From Candidatus Multivorans sp. (GTDB lineage: Bacteria > Acidobacteriota > Thermoanaerobaculia > Multivoradales > Multivoraceae), in assembly GCA_965224025.1 (NCBI GenBank), contig OZ245033.1, positions 3,616,001-3,680,000 of the forward strand: a stretch of 64,000 nt of DNA. The letters run 5' to 3'. Under the pieces are notes generated by a model. That model worked only from the letters and a program-made list of their open reading frames with translations. It was not told the origin of the DNA and searched no databases. Below, piece after piece: positions 40,899 to 52,700 of this stretch; the stretch's first letter is position 1; every line of letters starts with the position of its first letter. A program made the position numbers and the translations under genes.

Positions 40899-42152
40899 TC
40901 AAATGCAGGCGGCGAAGTTCGCCACCGCCTCGCGCAGAGCCGCCGGTTCCAGGCGCGAGAAACTCAAGCGGGCAGCGTTCGTGGGCACGGCGCGGTCCGC
41001 CCCGTCCGCGAACGCAACCGCGGGAACGAAGGCGATCTTCCGCTCGGCCAGGGTCCGCTGGAGCAATTGCTCCCCGTCCGTCCCCTCGGGCAGTTGCACC
41101 CACACGAACATGCCGCCCCCGGGCTGAGTGAAAGCGCAGCCCGCCGGGAGATGAGCGGCAAGTGCCTCGAGCATCGCGTTCCGACGGCCCCGGTAGGTCG
41201 CTCGCAGCAGTTCGAGGTGGCGGTCGAAGTCCAGATCTCCCAGCAGGCGGGCCACGGCAAGCACGCTGAGCCTGGAGCACTCGAGGTCCCCGATCTCCTT
41301 GACGGCGCCGAATGTCTCGATCAGCGATGCCGGCAGTCGCAGCCAGCCGAGGCGCAGCGCCGGGGCCAGGATCTTGGAGAAGGTGCCCGCGTAGACGACC
41401 CGCTCCGAGTCGATGGCCGCGAGCGGGGGCTCGAACTCGCCGTCGCAGCACAGCAGACCGTAGGGATCGTCCTCCAGGATCACGAAGTCGTAGTCGTGCG
41501 CCAGGACCACCAACCGTTCCCTGACCTCGCGCGCCAGGCTTACGCCGAGCGGGTTGTGCGCATCCGGGATCACGTACACCAGCCGCGGCCGGGCGCCGGC
41601 GACCAGGCGGCGCTCCAGCGCCTCGACATCGAGCCCGTCGTCCAGGCTGCTCGGCAGAGTGACGAGTCGCGGCCGGAGCGGCGCCAGAACCTCCCTGAAG
41701 CCCGCATACGCATAACGCTCGACGGCGACACTCTCACCCACACTCACGAGTGCACGAACAACGACATCGAGGGCCTGCTGCGCGCCCGTCGTGATCAGGA
41801 TCTCCTCCACTCTGCAATCGACGCCACGGCGTCGCATGACCTCCACGACGCGTTCCTTCAGTTCCCCGCATGACGGGACGTACTGCATGGACTGCGGATC
41901 GGCCAGCAGTTGGCGCACCACTTCGCCGTAGGCCCGCGACGGAAACAGCTCCACGGCCGGCAGCCCGCCGGCGAGCGACACCACGCCGGGCCGCGCGACC
42001 TGGTCGACCAGCCGACGCAGCAGCGAGCGCTCGCGACCCTGTAGCCACGGCGCGATACGCGGCGTCTTCGACGGCTGCCGCTCCCCCGTCCGGGCTGCCA
42101 ACGGAGGCTCCATTGCGGCCGTTGCGGTGGTGGAAATCGCTTGCATGGCCAC
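40899..42152 (-). CDS. PLP-dependent class I/II aminotransferase (LysN/Aro8-like), probably aromatic amino acid transaminase
   Basis: SLAGGLP, TTGAQQAL, HNPLG, EDDPY, TFSKILAPALRLGW, PGGGMFVW. Clustered with hppD. Confidence 0.9.
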   Translation of the reverse strand: MAMQAISTTATAAMEPPLAARTGERQPSKTPRIAPWLQGRERSLLRRLVDQVARPGVVSLAGGLPAVELFPSRAYGEVVRQLLADPQSMQYVPSCGELKERVVEVMRRRGVDCRVEEILITTGAQQALDVVVRALVSVGESVAVERYAYAGFREVLAPLRPRLVTLPSSLDDGLDVEALERRLVAGARPRLVYVIPDAHNPLGVSLAREVRERLVVLAHDYDFVILEDDPYGLLCCDGEFEPPLAAIDSERVVYAGTFSKILAPALRLGWLRLPASLIETFGAVKEIGDLECSRLSVLAVARLLGDLDFDRHLELLRATYRGRRNAMLEALAAHLPAGCAFTQPGGGMFVWVQLPEGTDGEQLLQRTLAERKIAFVPAVAFADGADRAVPTNAARLSFSRLEPAALREAVANFAACI

Positions 42153-42236
42153 GCTTGGAACGATAACAGAGCCAGCACCGGGAGACAAGCGTTGATTCCA
42201 CACCCAGCGGAACCTGTACGTGTAGACTCCGCTTCC

Positions 42237-42779
42237 ATGGACAAGACAGACGATCGGCGGGCAGCGGAGTCAAGCCGCTCCCCGAGCCGGCCCCTTGACG
42301 CCACCGACTACGCCATCCTCGCGCTCCTGCAGGAGGATTCGAATCGAACCGACGTGGACCTCGCGCGCCAGGTGCGCCTGTCCGCCTCGGGCCTGAAGAA
42401 GCGCCTGCGCAAGCTGGAACAGCGCGGCGTGATCCAGCAGCGAGTCACCCTGCTGGACCGCAACGCCGTCGATCTCGGCCTGCTGTGCTTCGTGCAGGTC
42501 TTCCTCACTCACCACCAGGCCGACGCCCGACGGCACTTCAGTGATGCCGTCCGGAAGCTGCCGGAAGTACTCGAGTGTCACTTCCTGACCGGCGAGCACG
42601 ACTACATGCTGAAGATTGTGGCCAGGGACTATCGCCACCTGGAACACATCCTCGCTGACCAGCTCGCCTGCATACCGGGAGTCGACCGTCTGCTGACGAG
42701 CATCGTGCTGAACGAGATCAAGCGCACGACCGCTCTGCCGCTCGGGGCCCCGGCGGAGGCCGGCACAGGAGATTTGTAG
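42237..42779 (+). CDS. Lrp/AsnC-family regulator, copy 1 (divergent from the Phe/Tyr cluster)
   Basis: LDATDYAILALLQED HTH, PEVLECHFLTGEHDYMLK, TSIVL.EIK. Confidence 0.93.
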   Translation: MDKTDDRRAAESSRSPSRPLDATDYAILALLQEDSNRTDVDLARQVRLSASGLKKRLRKLEQRGVIQQRVTLLDRNAVDLGLLCFVQVFLTHHQADARRHFSDAVRKLPEVLECHFLTGEHDYMLKIVARDYRHLEHILADQLACIPGVDRLLTSIVLNEIKRTTALPLGAPAEAGTGDL

Positions 42780-42847
42780 GGGTCTCCAAGCATCCGCGCC
42801 GTCCGGCCTCCAGGGTTTCCGCCGGCTCTTGCTACCCTCCCGCTCCA

Positions 42848-44404
42848 ATGAACGGCGCCCAAGCCATGATCCGGACCGCCGCCAATGCCGGCGTCGAGGT
42901 CTGCTTCGCCAATCCCGGCACGTCCGAGATCCACCTCGTCGCGGCTCTCGACGAGATCCCGGGCGTGCGCGGCGTGCTGGCTCAGTTCGAGGGCGTCGCC
43001 ACCGGCGCCGCGGACGGCTACGGCCGCATGGCCGGCAAGCCGGCGTTGACCCTGGTCCATCTCGGCCCCGGCTTCGCGAACGGCATCGCCAACCTGCACA
43101 ACGCGCGGCGCGGCCACACGCCGCTCGTCAACGTCATCGGCCACCATCCCACCTGGCACCGCAACTACGACCCGCCGCTCAACACCAGGGTCGAGAGCCT
43201 GGTAGAGGGAGTCTCCGACTGGCAACGAACAGTCGCCTCGGCCAATCACATCTCGCGCGACATGGCCGCCGCCATCTCGGCTTCCCTGCACCACCCGGGG
43301 CGGATCGCCACCTTGATCGTGCCCACCGACTGCCAGTGGAGCGAAGCCGGAGGAAGGGTCGTCGAGCCGGCCTCTCCGCTCGGCGCCCGCGTCGCCCCGG
43401 ATGCGGTCGAGCGCGCCCGGGCCGCCGTAGGCCGAGGCGCGCGCACGATGCTCATGCTGGGCAGTTCCGGAAATACGGCCGCAGCCCAGCGAGAAGCCGC
43501 GAAGGTACAGCGGGCGACCGGATGCCGACTCGTCGCCGAGACGTTCTCGGGGCGCATGGAGCGCGGTCCGTCTCTGCCGACGCTGCCCAGGTTGCCCTAC
43601 TTTCCCGAGCAGGCTGCCGAGTTCATGAGCGGGATCGACACGCTCGTCCTGGGCGGAGCGCTCGATCCCGTCGCCTTCTTCGGCTACGAGGGCGGCCCAA
43701 GCCGCTTGACTCCGGAGTCGGTGGAAGTCGTCATCCTGAGCCATCCCACCGAAGACAGCGGCCACGCACTCACCGAGCTGGCCCTGGCTCTCGACGCCAA
43801 GGAAGAGCCGCCGGCCCGCGCCGTCGAGCGGCCGCCGGCGCCAAGCGGCCCGATCGGAACCCGGGTCGCGGCCCAGGCTATCGCCGCCACGCTGCCCGAG
43901 AACGCGATCGTCATGGATGAGGGAATCACCGCCGGTTCCGCCTTCTATCCCGCCACGATGAACGGCCCCGCTCACACCTACCTGCAGGAGAACGGCGGCG
44001 CCATCGGCCTGGGCCTGCCGGCGTCGCTCGGCGCAGCGATCGCGTGCCCGGACCGCAAGGTGCTGACGCTCGAGGGCGACGGCAGCGGCCTGTACACGGT
44101 GCAGGCGCTCTGGAGCCAGGTCCGCGAGGGGGTCGACGTCGTCAATCTGGTGTTCGCCAACGACATCTACCGCATCCTTCAGGTCGAGCTGCAAAGAGCC
44201 GGGGTCGAGGAGTTCGGGCCGCAGAGCCTGAACCTGACGGAGTTCCGCGAGCCGCGGGTGGAGTGGCTCGACCTTGCCCGAGGTTTCGGCATGCCCGCCG
44301 TGCAGGTGCGCACCGGCGAAGAGCTGACCGCGGCGCTCGAGCGCGGTTTCGCCGAACCTGGCCCCTGCCTGATCGAAGCGCTGGTCAGCGACTCCACCTT
44401 CTAG
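42848..44404 (+). CDS. ThDP-dependent enzyme, acetolactate synthase large-subunit-like / 2-oxoacid decarboxylase
   Basis: CFANPGTSE, EGVATGAADGYGR, HLGPG, GDGS...N ThDP motif. Confidence 0.88.
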   Translation: MNGAQAMIRTAANAGVEVCFANPGTSEIHLVAALDEIPGVRGVLAQFEGVATGAADGYGRMAGKPALTLVHLGPGFANGIANLHNARRGHTPLVNVIGHHPTWHRNYDPPLNTRVESLVEGVSDWQRTVASANHISRDMAAAISASLHHPGRIATLIVPTDCQWSEAGGRVVEPASPLGARVAPDAVERARAAVGRGARTMLMLGSSGNTAAAQREAAKVQRATGCRLVAETFSGRMERGPSLPTLPRLPYFPEQAAEFMSGIDTLVLGGALDPVAFFGYEGGPSRLTPESVEVVILSHPTEDSGHALTELALALDAKEEPPARAVERPPAPSGPIGTRVAAQAIAATLPENAIVMDEGITAGSAFYPATMNGPAHTYLQENGGAIGLGLPASLGAAIACPDRKVLTLEGDGSGLYTVQALWSQVREGVDVVNLVFANDIYRILQVELQRAGVEEFGPQSLNLTEFREPRVEWLDLARGFGMPAVQVRTGEELTAALERGFAEPGPCLIEALVSDSTF

Positions 44405-44423
44405 AGACGCGAATCGGGCCCGG

Positions 44424-45461
44424 TTGAAGTACGCGGTCACACTCCTGCCAGGGGACGACATCGGTCCCGAAGTCAGCAAGGCGATGGTGCGCGCGGTCGA
44501 CTTCGTCACCGTCAGCCGGATCGAGTGGGAGCCGGTCGTGGCCGGCAGCACGGCCGTCGACCAGGGACTCTCACCGCTCCCGGACGAGGCGATCGAGTCG
44601 ATCCGGCGCAACCGGATCGCCATCAAGGGTCCTCTGCAGACCCCGGTGGCCGGCGGCTGGCGCAGCGTCAACGTCCTGTTGCGGCAGTCGCTGGAGCTGT
44701 TCGCGTGCGTGCGGCCGGTGCGGTCGATGCCCGGCAACACCCGCGCCCGCTACGACGGCGTCGACCTGATCATCGTGCGGGAGAACACGGAGGGCCTCTA
44801 CAGCGGCCGCGAGCACGAGGTCGTCGACGGCGTGGTCGAGGCTCTCAAGATCGTCACCCGGGCCGCCTCGCGGCGGATCATGCAGTTCGCCTTCGAGTAC
44901 GCGCGCAGCCACGGCCGCAAGAAGCTGACGATCGTCCACAAGGCGTCGATCACGCCGCTGTCGGACAACCTGTTCCTGGACTGCGCCCGCGAGTGCGAAC
45001 GGAACTACCCCTTCTTCCAGGTCGACTACCTGCCGCTCGACAACCTCGCGCTGGAACTGGCCAAGGATCCGACCCGGTTCGACATGTTGGTGATGGGCAA
45101 CCTGGACGGAGACCTGATGAGCGACCTCTGCGCCGGCCTGGTCGGCGGGCTGGGCCTCGTTCCGGGAGCGAACTACGGCAACGGCTGCGCGGTGTTCGAA
45201 GCGGTACACGGCACGGCGCCCGATATTGCCGGCCGCGATTTGGCCAATCCGATCGCCCTGATCCTGTCCGCCGAGTTGATGCTGCGCTACGTCGGCGAGG
45301 CGGAGGCGGCGGCGCACCTGCGCGCCGGCGTCGAACGCCTCCTGATTGGTGGCAAGGCGCTCACCCGTGACCTTGGAGGCACGGCAAACACGTCCGAATT
45401 CACCGACGCCCTGCTGGCCGAACTCGAGGCCGTGGCCATGGAGCGCGAGGCCGCACGATGA
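44424..45461 (+). CDS. NAD-type isocitrate/isopropylmalate dehydrogenase family protein A
   Basis: GD.IGPE, SVNV.LR, RENTEGLY, HKA, GDLMSDL..GL.GGLG, FEAVHGTAPDIAG, TRDLGG. Confidence 0.9.
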   Translation: MKYAVTLLPGDDIGPEVSKAMVRAVDFVTVSRIEWEPVVAGSTAVDQGLSPLPDEAIESIRRNRIAIKGPLQTPVAGGWRSVNVLLRQSLELFACVRPVRSMPGNTRARYDGVDLIIVRENTEGLYSGREHEVVDGVVEALKIVTRAASRRIMQFAFEYARSHGRKKLTIVHKASITPLSDNLFLDCARECERNYPFFQVDYLPLDNLALELAKDPTRFDMLVMGNLDGDLMSDLCAGLVGGLGLVPGANYGNGCAVFEAVHGTAPDIAGRDLANPIALILSAELMLRYVGEAEAAAHLRAGVERLLIGGKALTRDLGGTANTSEFTDALLAELEAVAMEREAAR

Positions 45462-46503
45462 CCGGCGACGGCGAGCAGAACGGCGGTCCGCCGCGTGTCG
45501 CGCTGATCGTCGGCGCCAGCGGCATCGGCACCGAAACCGCGCCACCGGTGCTCGCGATCCTGGAGGCGGTGGGCGCCGACTTCGACTTCGTCCGGGTCGA
45601 CGTGCCGACGGCGGTGCGCCGGAACACGGAAACGGTGCTCAGCGAGGCGGCCGAGACGATCCGCGACTGCCGGGTGGCGCTCAAGACCCGGCTGATCGGG
45701 CCTGGTCCGGACGCCGTGCGCGTCGGACCGGGTCCTCAGAACGCCAACGTCGCGCTCAGGCAAATGCTGGGCCTGTGGGCGAGCGTTCGACCGATGCGCT
45801 CCATACCCGGACTGCCGACGCGCTACCCGGACCTCGACGTCCTACTGATCCGTGAGATCACCGAGGGCGTGTACCGGGGCATCGAGCACGAGATCGTGGA
45901 CGGGGTGGTCGAGAGCATGAAAGTCGTGAGCCGCGCCGCCTGCCAGAGAATCGCGGACTACGCCTTCCGCATCGCCCAGCGGCATCAGCGCAAGAAGATC
46001 ACGGCCATCCACAAGGCCAACATCATGAAGCAGAGCGACGGTCTCTTCCTGGACACCGTACGCTCCGTCGCCACCGGCTATCCCGACATCGAAGTCGACG
46101 ACTGCATCGTCGATGCCGCGTGCATGCGTCTGGTGCTCGATCCGTACTCGTTCGACGTACTGCTGACGGAGAATCTCTACGGCGACATCATCAGCAACCT
46201 CGGCACCGGACTCGCGGGCGGCATCTCCGCCGGCCACGCGATCAACGTCGGCGACGACTGCCACGTCTTCGAGGCCGTTCACGGCGACGCGCCGCACCTG
46301 ATCGGCACCGGCCAGGCGAATCTCCTGCCGCTGCTGACGCCGGCCACCGCGCTCCTCAGACACTTCGAACTCTACGACGAGGCCGACCGGATCGACCAGG
46401 CGGTGACCACCGTTCTCGAGGAAGCCGAAGTCTGACGCCCGACCTGGGCGGCCGGTCGTCGACCTGGCAGATGGCACGGAGCATCGTTGCGGCGCTGACG
46501 TAG
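45458..46503 (+). CDS. Isocitrate dehydrogenase family protein B, with an apparent 1-nt frameshift near the C-terminus
   Basis: ATGA overlap with copy A, REITEGVY, HKANIMK.SDGLF, NLYGDIISN. The ORF stops at 46435, but the conserved tail LTPDLGG...MARSIVAALT* continues in another frame to 46503. Confidence 0.82.
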
Positions 46504-46789
46504 GTCGAGGTAGCAAGAAGTCCTCCACCGGGCGCAGGGCCAGACGGGAGAACCGGCGGGCAATCGTTCGGAATCGCGCCGGGTTCGGCCTCGGTGAACT
46601 CGCCGCACGCCCGGCACCGCGAGCAACTCGAAGCTGTGAAGCCGTCCCCAGGGTCTCGCTTCTTCCGTGGGCGGCGAAGCCAATGGCTCATCTGCGCTTA
46701 TGGCGGTCATTTGCTCAGTCTTGTCTCATTGTTGCCCTCTTTCGGCCTTTCCAAGCCCACGCCATACGAGGAAAATAACAAGACTAGGC

Positions 46790-49700
46790 ATGATTCATCA
46801 GCCCCCGGCGCGGGAGAATAAGTCGGCCCGCCAGCGCCTCCTGACCGGCTGCGGCCAGCCGTGGCGGCGACTCCTCGCCTTTAGGTATGCGGCATCCGCC
46901 GCCGCCGGGTCCCGCGCGTCCGTCTGTCGCGCGCCGCCGGCTCGTCCGCTCCGCGCGCTGGCCCCCGCGGTGCTACTCGCCCTCTCCGGCGCGCTCGCGC
47001 TGCCCGCCACGGCCCAGACCGTCGTGCTGGTCAGCAGTTTCGGAAACGACCAGGCAACGGCGAACCTAAAGGTCGGCACATCTAGCTGGGCGAAGTGCTT
47101 CAGCACGGGCACGAACAGCGGGGGGTACGACCTGACCAGCCTCGAGCTCGACGTCAAAGTCGTGCCGGCTTCGACGGCCGAGCTCAGGGTGGCGATCTAC
47201 TCATCGACCTTGGCGTCGGGCGAGGTGGTGCCGGACTCCGAAGTGGTTGCATTGGATATTCCGACGCTGGCCGTGGGAACGAGCACCTTCACGGTGCCGG
47301 CGAACACGGTGCTGGCGGCCAGCACGGTCGCTGCCACTGCGAGCTATTGCGTCGTGGTCGGAGACTCGGCGTTTGGCGGGACTACTCTGGAGCTGGGGAG
47401 GGCCACCACTGGTTCAGCGGACAGCACAGGGCTGACGGGTTGGGCTCTTGGGAGCGGGTACCAGAAACCGCTGTTGTCGCTTTGGGGCCTTGACGACGGT
47501 CCCGACAAGATGCGGGTTCGCCTGAACGGCAGCGCGGTGTCGACGGACGCGACGCTGAGCGCGCTGTCCCTGGGCACGGGCGTGACGCTGAGCCGGCCCT
47601 TCGCCTCGGGCGCCACCACCTACACGGCGTCGGTGGCGAACAGCGTCGACGAGGTGACGGTGACGCCGACGACGAACCATGCCCAAGCGACGTACGTATA
47701 CCTGGACGCGTCCGACAAAGCGCTCGCCGACGCGGACATCAACACGGCCGGCCACCAGGTGGCGCTGACGGTGGGCGACACCGTCTTCAAGGTGAAGGTG
47801 ACGGCCGAGGACGCCACCACGACGCAGACCTACAGCGTGACCGTGACGCGGGCGGCGCCCCCCCGGCTGAGGCCGGCGCTGAGCATCGCGGACGCTGCGG
47901 CATCCGAGGGCGACCCCATGTCTTTCGGGTTGACGCTGTCGGCAGCGGCTTCAGAGGACCTGAGGGTGATCTGGGTATTGTCGATCGAGAGCGGCGACAC
48001 GGCGGCCACTACGGACCTCGGGCTCTCTGACGGGATTGTGACCATCACGGCGGGCCAGATGACGGGAGCGATCACCTACGCGTCGGCGGAGGACGAGATC
48101 GACGAGCCGGACGAGACCTTCACGATCACGCTGATGGAGGTGCTTCCGTCGCGTCTCGCGCTGTTGGCGGCGGACCCGACGGCCAAGGGCACGATCAGGG
48201 ACGACGACCCGGAACCGACGCTGAGCGTGGGCAGTACTGTGGGGAACGAAAACGACGGCTTTCTGACGTTCCCGGTCGAGCTGTCGGCCGCGAGCGGCAA
48301 GACGGTGACGGTGGACTGGGAGACATCTACGGAGTCGGGCGACACGGCGACCTATGACACGGACTTCAAGGCGGATTCGGAGACGCTGACCTTCATTCCG
48401 GGCGACGTGGCGGGGAACTTCACGGTGGAGGTGATCCCCGACGCGGACGTCGAAAACGACGAGACCTTCACGGTGACGCTGTTCAACGCGACCAACGCGG
48501 GGATTTCGGACGCGACGGCGCGGGGCACGATCATCGACGCGGGCTGCAGGCTGAACACCGGCGACCTGTGGTGCGGTGTTTTGACGGTGGGGCCGATCAG
48601 CACTACCCAGGACGGCTTCTTCGGCGCGACGGGCGGCCTGTCGGACGCGACGTTCTCGGTGGGGACCGCCAGTTACGCGATCGACCAGGTGAGTGTCGCC
48701 AACTCCACCTCGACGAACCCGGGGCGACTTCTCTTCAGCCTGACCGGCGGCCTCACCACCGTCCAGAAGGCCAAGCTGGTGCTGCATGTGGACAGCGAGC
48801 AGTTCGCGTTCAGCGCGGCACTGTACTTGGGCGGCAACCACAGCTACCGATGGACCGGCACGAGCCTGGACTGGTCGTCCACCTCCACGGTGACGCTGCG
48901 CCTGCGGGCGGCCAACAGCGCCCCGGTGTTCGCCGACGCCAGCGTGGCGCGGGAGGTGGAGGAGAACAGCGTTGCGGGGACCGATGTCGGCGCCGTGGTG
49001 CCGGCGACCGACGCGGACAGCGGCGACACGCTGGAGTACAGCCTGGAGGGGCCGGGCGCGGCGGCGTTCGACATCGACGACTCCTTGGGCCAGATCCGGA
49101 CCGTGTCGGGCCAGGACTACAACCACGAGGCGAGGAACTCCTACTTGATGTCGGTGAAGGCCTCGGACGGCATCGCCAGCGACACGATCGCCGTGACGAT
49201 CAACGTCACGGACGTCAACGAGAAGTCGGCCAAGCCGGACAAGCCGACGCTGGCGGCGGTCGCGGGCTCGTCGCAGCGCCTGGACTCAAGCTGGACGAAG
49301 CCGGACCTGAACGGCGGGCCGGATATCACCGGCTACGCCCTGCAGTACCGCGAGGTCGCGACGGGCAGTTGGGAGGACTTCGCGCACACCGGCGCCGGCG
49401 TCACGGCGACGATCACCGGGCTGACGGCGAACACCGACTATCAGATCCAGGTGCTGGCGAAGAACGGGGAGACCGACAGCGACTGGTCGGACTCCTCCGA
49501 CGTGGCGAGCACGAATCCGGCGAAGCCGCCGGACCTCACCGAAGTCTACGCCGGCGAGGCTGGCTTGACCATCCTTTGGGCGCCCGTGCGGGACGATCAC
49601 CCCGCCGCGACCTACGACTTGCGCTACATCGACTTGACGCCCACATCGGGAGAGTCACCGGACGCGGGCGATCCCGACGCCTGGACCGTAGTCGAGAATG

Positions 49701-52700
49701 TCTGGCGCCGGCCCGCCGCCGGCGCCCCCCTCTACGTCCTGCAGGGCCTGGAGAACTTCCATGACTACCTGGTCGCGGTGCGCGCGGTTCAGCCCGGAGG
49801 CAATCAAGGCCCGTGGTCCGAACAGGGCGCGTCGGTGTCGCCTGCACCCCACCCGGACAACGCCTCCCAGGAAGATCCCGATGCCAGGAAGGCCACGGAG
49901 CTGCCGTTCGACAGACCTGTGTCCGGCTTCCTCCAGGACCCTGCCCCCGGCCAAGCCGGTATTGGTGACTCCGACTACTTCAGGTTCGTACTCGACCGTA
50001 GGAACTCGGCGATTGTGTGTTACACCACAGGCGACGTCGACACTGCCGCCCGGATCGTCGTGGATGGCGATGTCGACAATGTCACACGAGTCGTTGCGGG
50101 CGGCCGGCCCAAGGACGGCCGGAACAACTTCCGCTTCGCAATGAACGAATCCGACTTCTCCGGCGCCTTCTCGCTGCGGGTCCACACGCGTCTTGACGAG
50201 TCTCGTGACGAGTTCGGCATACCAATCCCCGACTCCGGCACGCCAATGCCTGGCGGTGCGTATGCACTGGAATGCAAGTTCGCACCCGAAACGAGCTCCA
50301 TAATAGACGCGCAGAACATCCGTTTCTATGCCGAGACCGCGGTGTCCTTCGAAGCGCCCGGGGACCGCGAGTACCTGGCCTTCGATGTCGACGGCTCGAG
50401 CGATATCCTCCTCTACAGTCGCGGCGCCGCTGACACCCAAGCCCGAGTGCTTGACGAACGCGGCAACGTCGTCGCCTTCAGCGACGACAGAGTGCTCCAC
50501 CAACAACAACCGAAGAACTTCGCTATTCTCCTGGAAACGGAGGATCTGCCCAATGGCCGGTACGTTCTGGAGGTAGAACGATGGCCGAGAATAAACCCGT
50601 TCACGCGCGACACGGAAACGGAAATCGCGTATGTCGTCGTGTATCCGTCCGTGGCGCCCGAGAGCGGCGCGGTTGAGGACGCTTTGCCGGTGGAGCTGGG
50701 CTTCTTCGGCGGTGAGCTTGGCGACCCGAGGGCCGGGACCCTTGACTCGCCAGGGGACGGTGCGATCTTCCAGTTTGATCTGGACGAGCCGAACCATGTC
50801 TTCATCCGTGCGTTGGCTCAGTTGGAACGAAGGTGGGACCCATCCTCTACCCGGCTCCGCATGGACCTCCTCACTGAAAGGGGAGATACGGTCGACATGC
50901 ATCAGCGTCACGAGCCCTTCCCTCACGACAGCAATAAGCTTCAGGAATCCCTGACCTCCACGACCTTCCTTGACGCGGGCCGGTACTATCTTCGACTCCG
51001 TTACCATAAGGACGACCAGGTTCCTTTCATCGTCCTGGCCGGCAACCCGTATCCACTTCCGTATTTCCTTCTCGCTCTGACGGACCCCTCGCAGATCGAG
51101 ATCTTCGAGGAATGCTCCTCGCTTGGCGCGTCATCCAGCGACCCCCTGCGACCATGCCAGTGGCATCTCGATGCCGTCAGGGTCCAACCGGCCTGGGATG
51201 CAGGCTATAGGGGCGCAGGCATTGAGGTGCTGGTCTCTGATGATGGAATCGACGACCTCCACGAGGACCTGAAACCGAACCTGCACCCGAGTCGCGTGTA
51301 CGACTTTGGCCATGGCGGTTCCGATGCTTTTCACGGCTACGATGCTCACGGCAGCGCCGTAGCCGGCATAGTTGCCGCGCGGGACAACGATCTCGGGGGG
51401 CGAGGCGTGGCGCCGCGTGCGAACCTGCGTGTGCACAAGCTCTTCCCGTCTACGACGATCGGGTTCATCACCCAGTCCCTTACCCGTGACATGGCCACTG
51501 TCGCGATCATGAACAACAGCTGGGGCCAGGTAGGTCCACAGCCACACCTTCCGCAGGAGCCGCTTTCAGAAGCCCTGGCCCTCGCCATCGAAGAAGGCAT
51601 CACCCGCGGCTACGGCGGCCGGGGCGTGCTCTACGTGCATGCGGGTGGCAACAACGCCGCGAATGCAGGCGATGCGAACTACGGCCCCTTGCAGACCCAC
51701 TACGGCATTGTGGTGGTCGCTGCAACCAGTGAAGATGGCGACCCTCAGCCCTACTCGGACATAGGCTCCAATCTCTGGGTCTCCGGGCCGTCCGGTAATC
51801 TTCCCCCCGCCATATACACGACCGACAACTACAACCGCTACACGGATGCGTTCAGTGGAACATCAGCCGCGGCGCCGGTCGTGAGCGGCGTCGCCGCGTT
51901 GGTAAGAGAGGCCAACCCATCTCTTACCTGGCGAGACGTCAAGTTGATCCTGGCCTCCACCGCGCGGAAGGTGAACCCGGACAGCTCCTATTATAATTGG
52001 AGGCAGGCCGGCCGGAAGTACGACAACCACTCCGAACACTACTACCACAGCAATTTTTTTGGTTTCGGATTAGTCGACGCCGCGGCGGCCGTCGAGCTCG
52101 CAACTCGCTGGACCAATCTTCCACCGTTCGTCGAAACTGCCGGCGAGTCGGCGGAGGAAGTACACCTGGGCAGTTCAAAGGTGAGCGAAAGCAAGCTCAC
52201 CGTCTTGGCTGGGGACGTGGACTTCACGGAGTGGGTCTCCGTGGAATTCACGATCGACATCGATCGCTTCCGATCGTACGCAATCGAACTTGTGTCGCCA
52301 TCGGGAGTTCGTACATATCTGAGCTTCGGGTCAAGTGTTGTGGGTATTGTTCTCCCCGGAGCTGGAGAGCAACTTCCGTCGGAGTTCGCAAAACTGTTCG
52401 ACTTTCATCCGGGCGGGATTACGGGCACCGTGGGGTTTGGTTCCGCGGCGTTTCTGGGACTGAATCCGGTTGGCCAGTGGACTCTGCGCTGGGAACGGGT
52501 ACTGAAGGAGGGACAACCGAGTGACCATGAAGACGACGTCCTGAAGTCCTGGTCCCTGACGGCTCACGGACATGGGCGGAGCGGCTCAGCAGGAGGGTCT
52601 CCTGGGCCGCCCACTCCTCCCGAGCCGCCCCCGGCTCCTGAACCGCCCGCTCCGCCCGAGCCGCCCGCTCCTCCCGAACCGCCCCCGGCTCCTGAACCGC

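Noticed and set aside
38543-41451. Long N-terminal extensions of hmgA (717 aa) and hppD (584 aa), and likewise sialidase, alkD-like and YyaL, suggesting fusions
   Set aside because: These are artefacts of taking the most upstream start. Real starts are supported by SD sequences, -10 boxes or stop/start overlaps.
46504-46789. Possible small gene (CxxCxxC on the minus strand) or ncRNA in the intergenic region
   Set aside because: No clear start, SD or family motif, and no convincing structure by eye.
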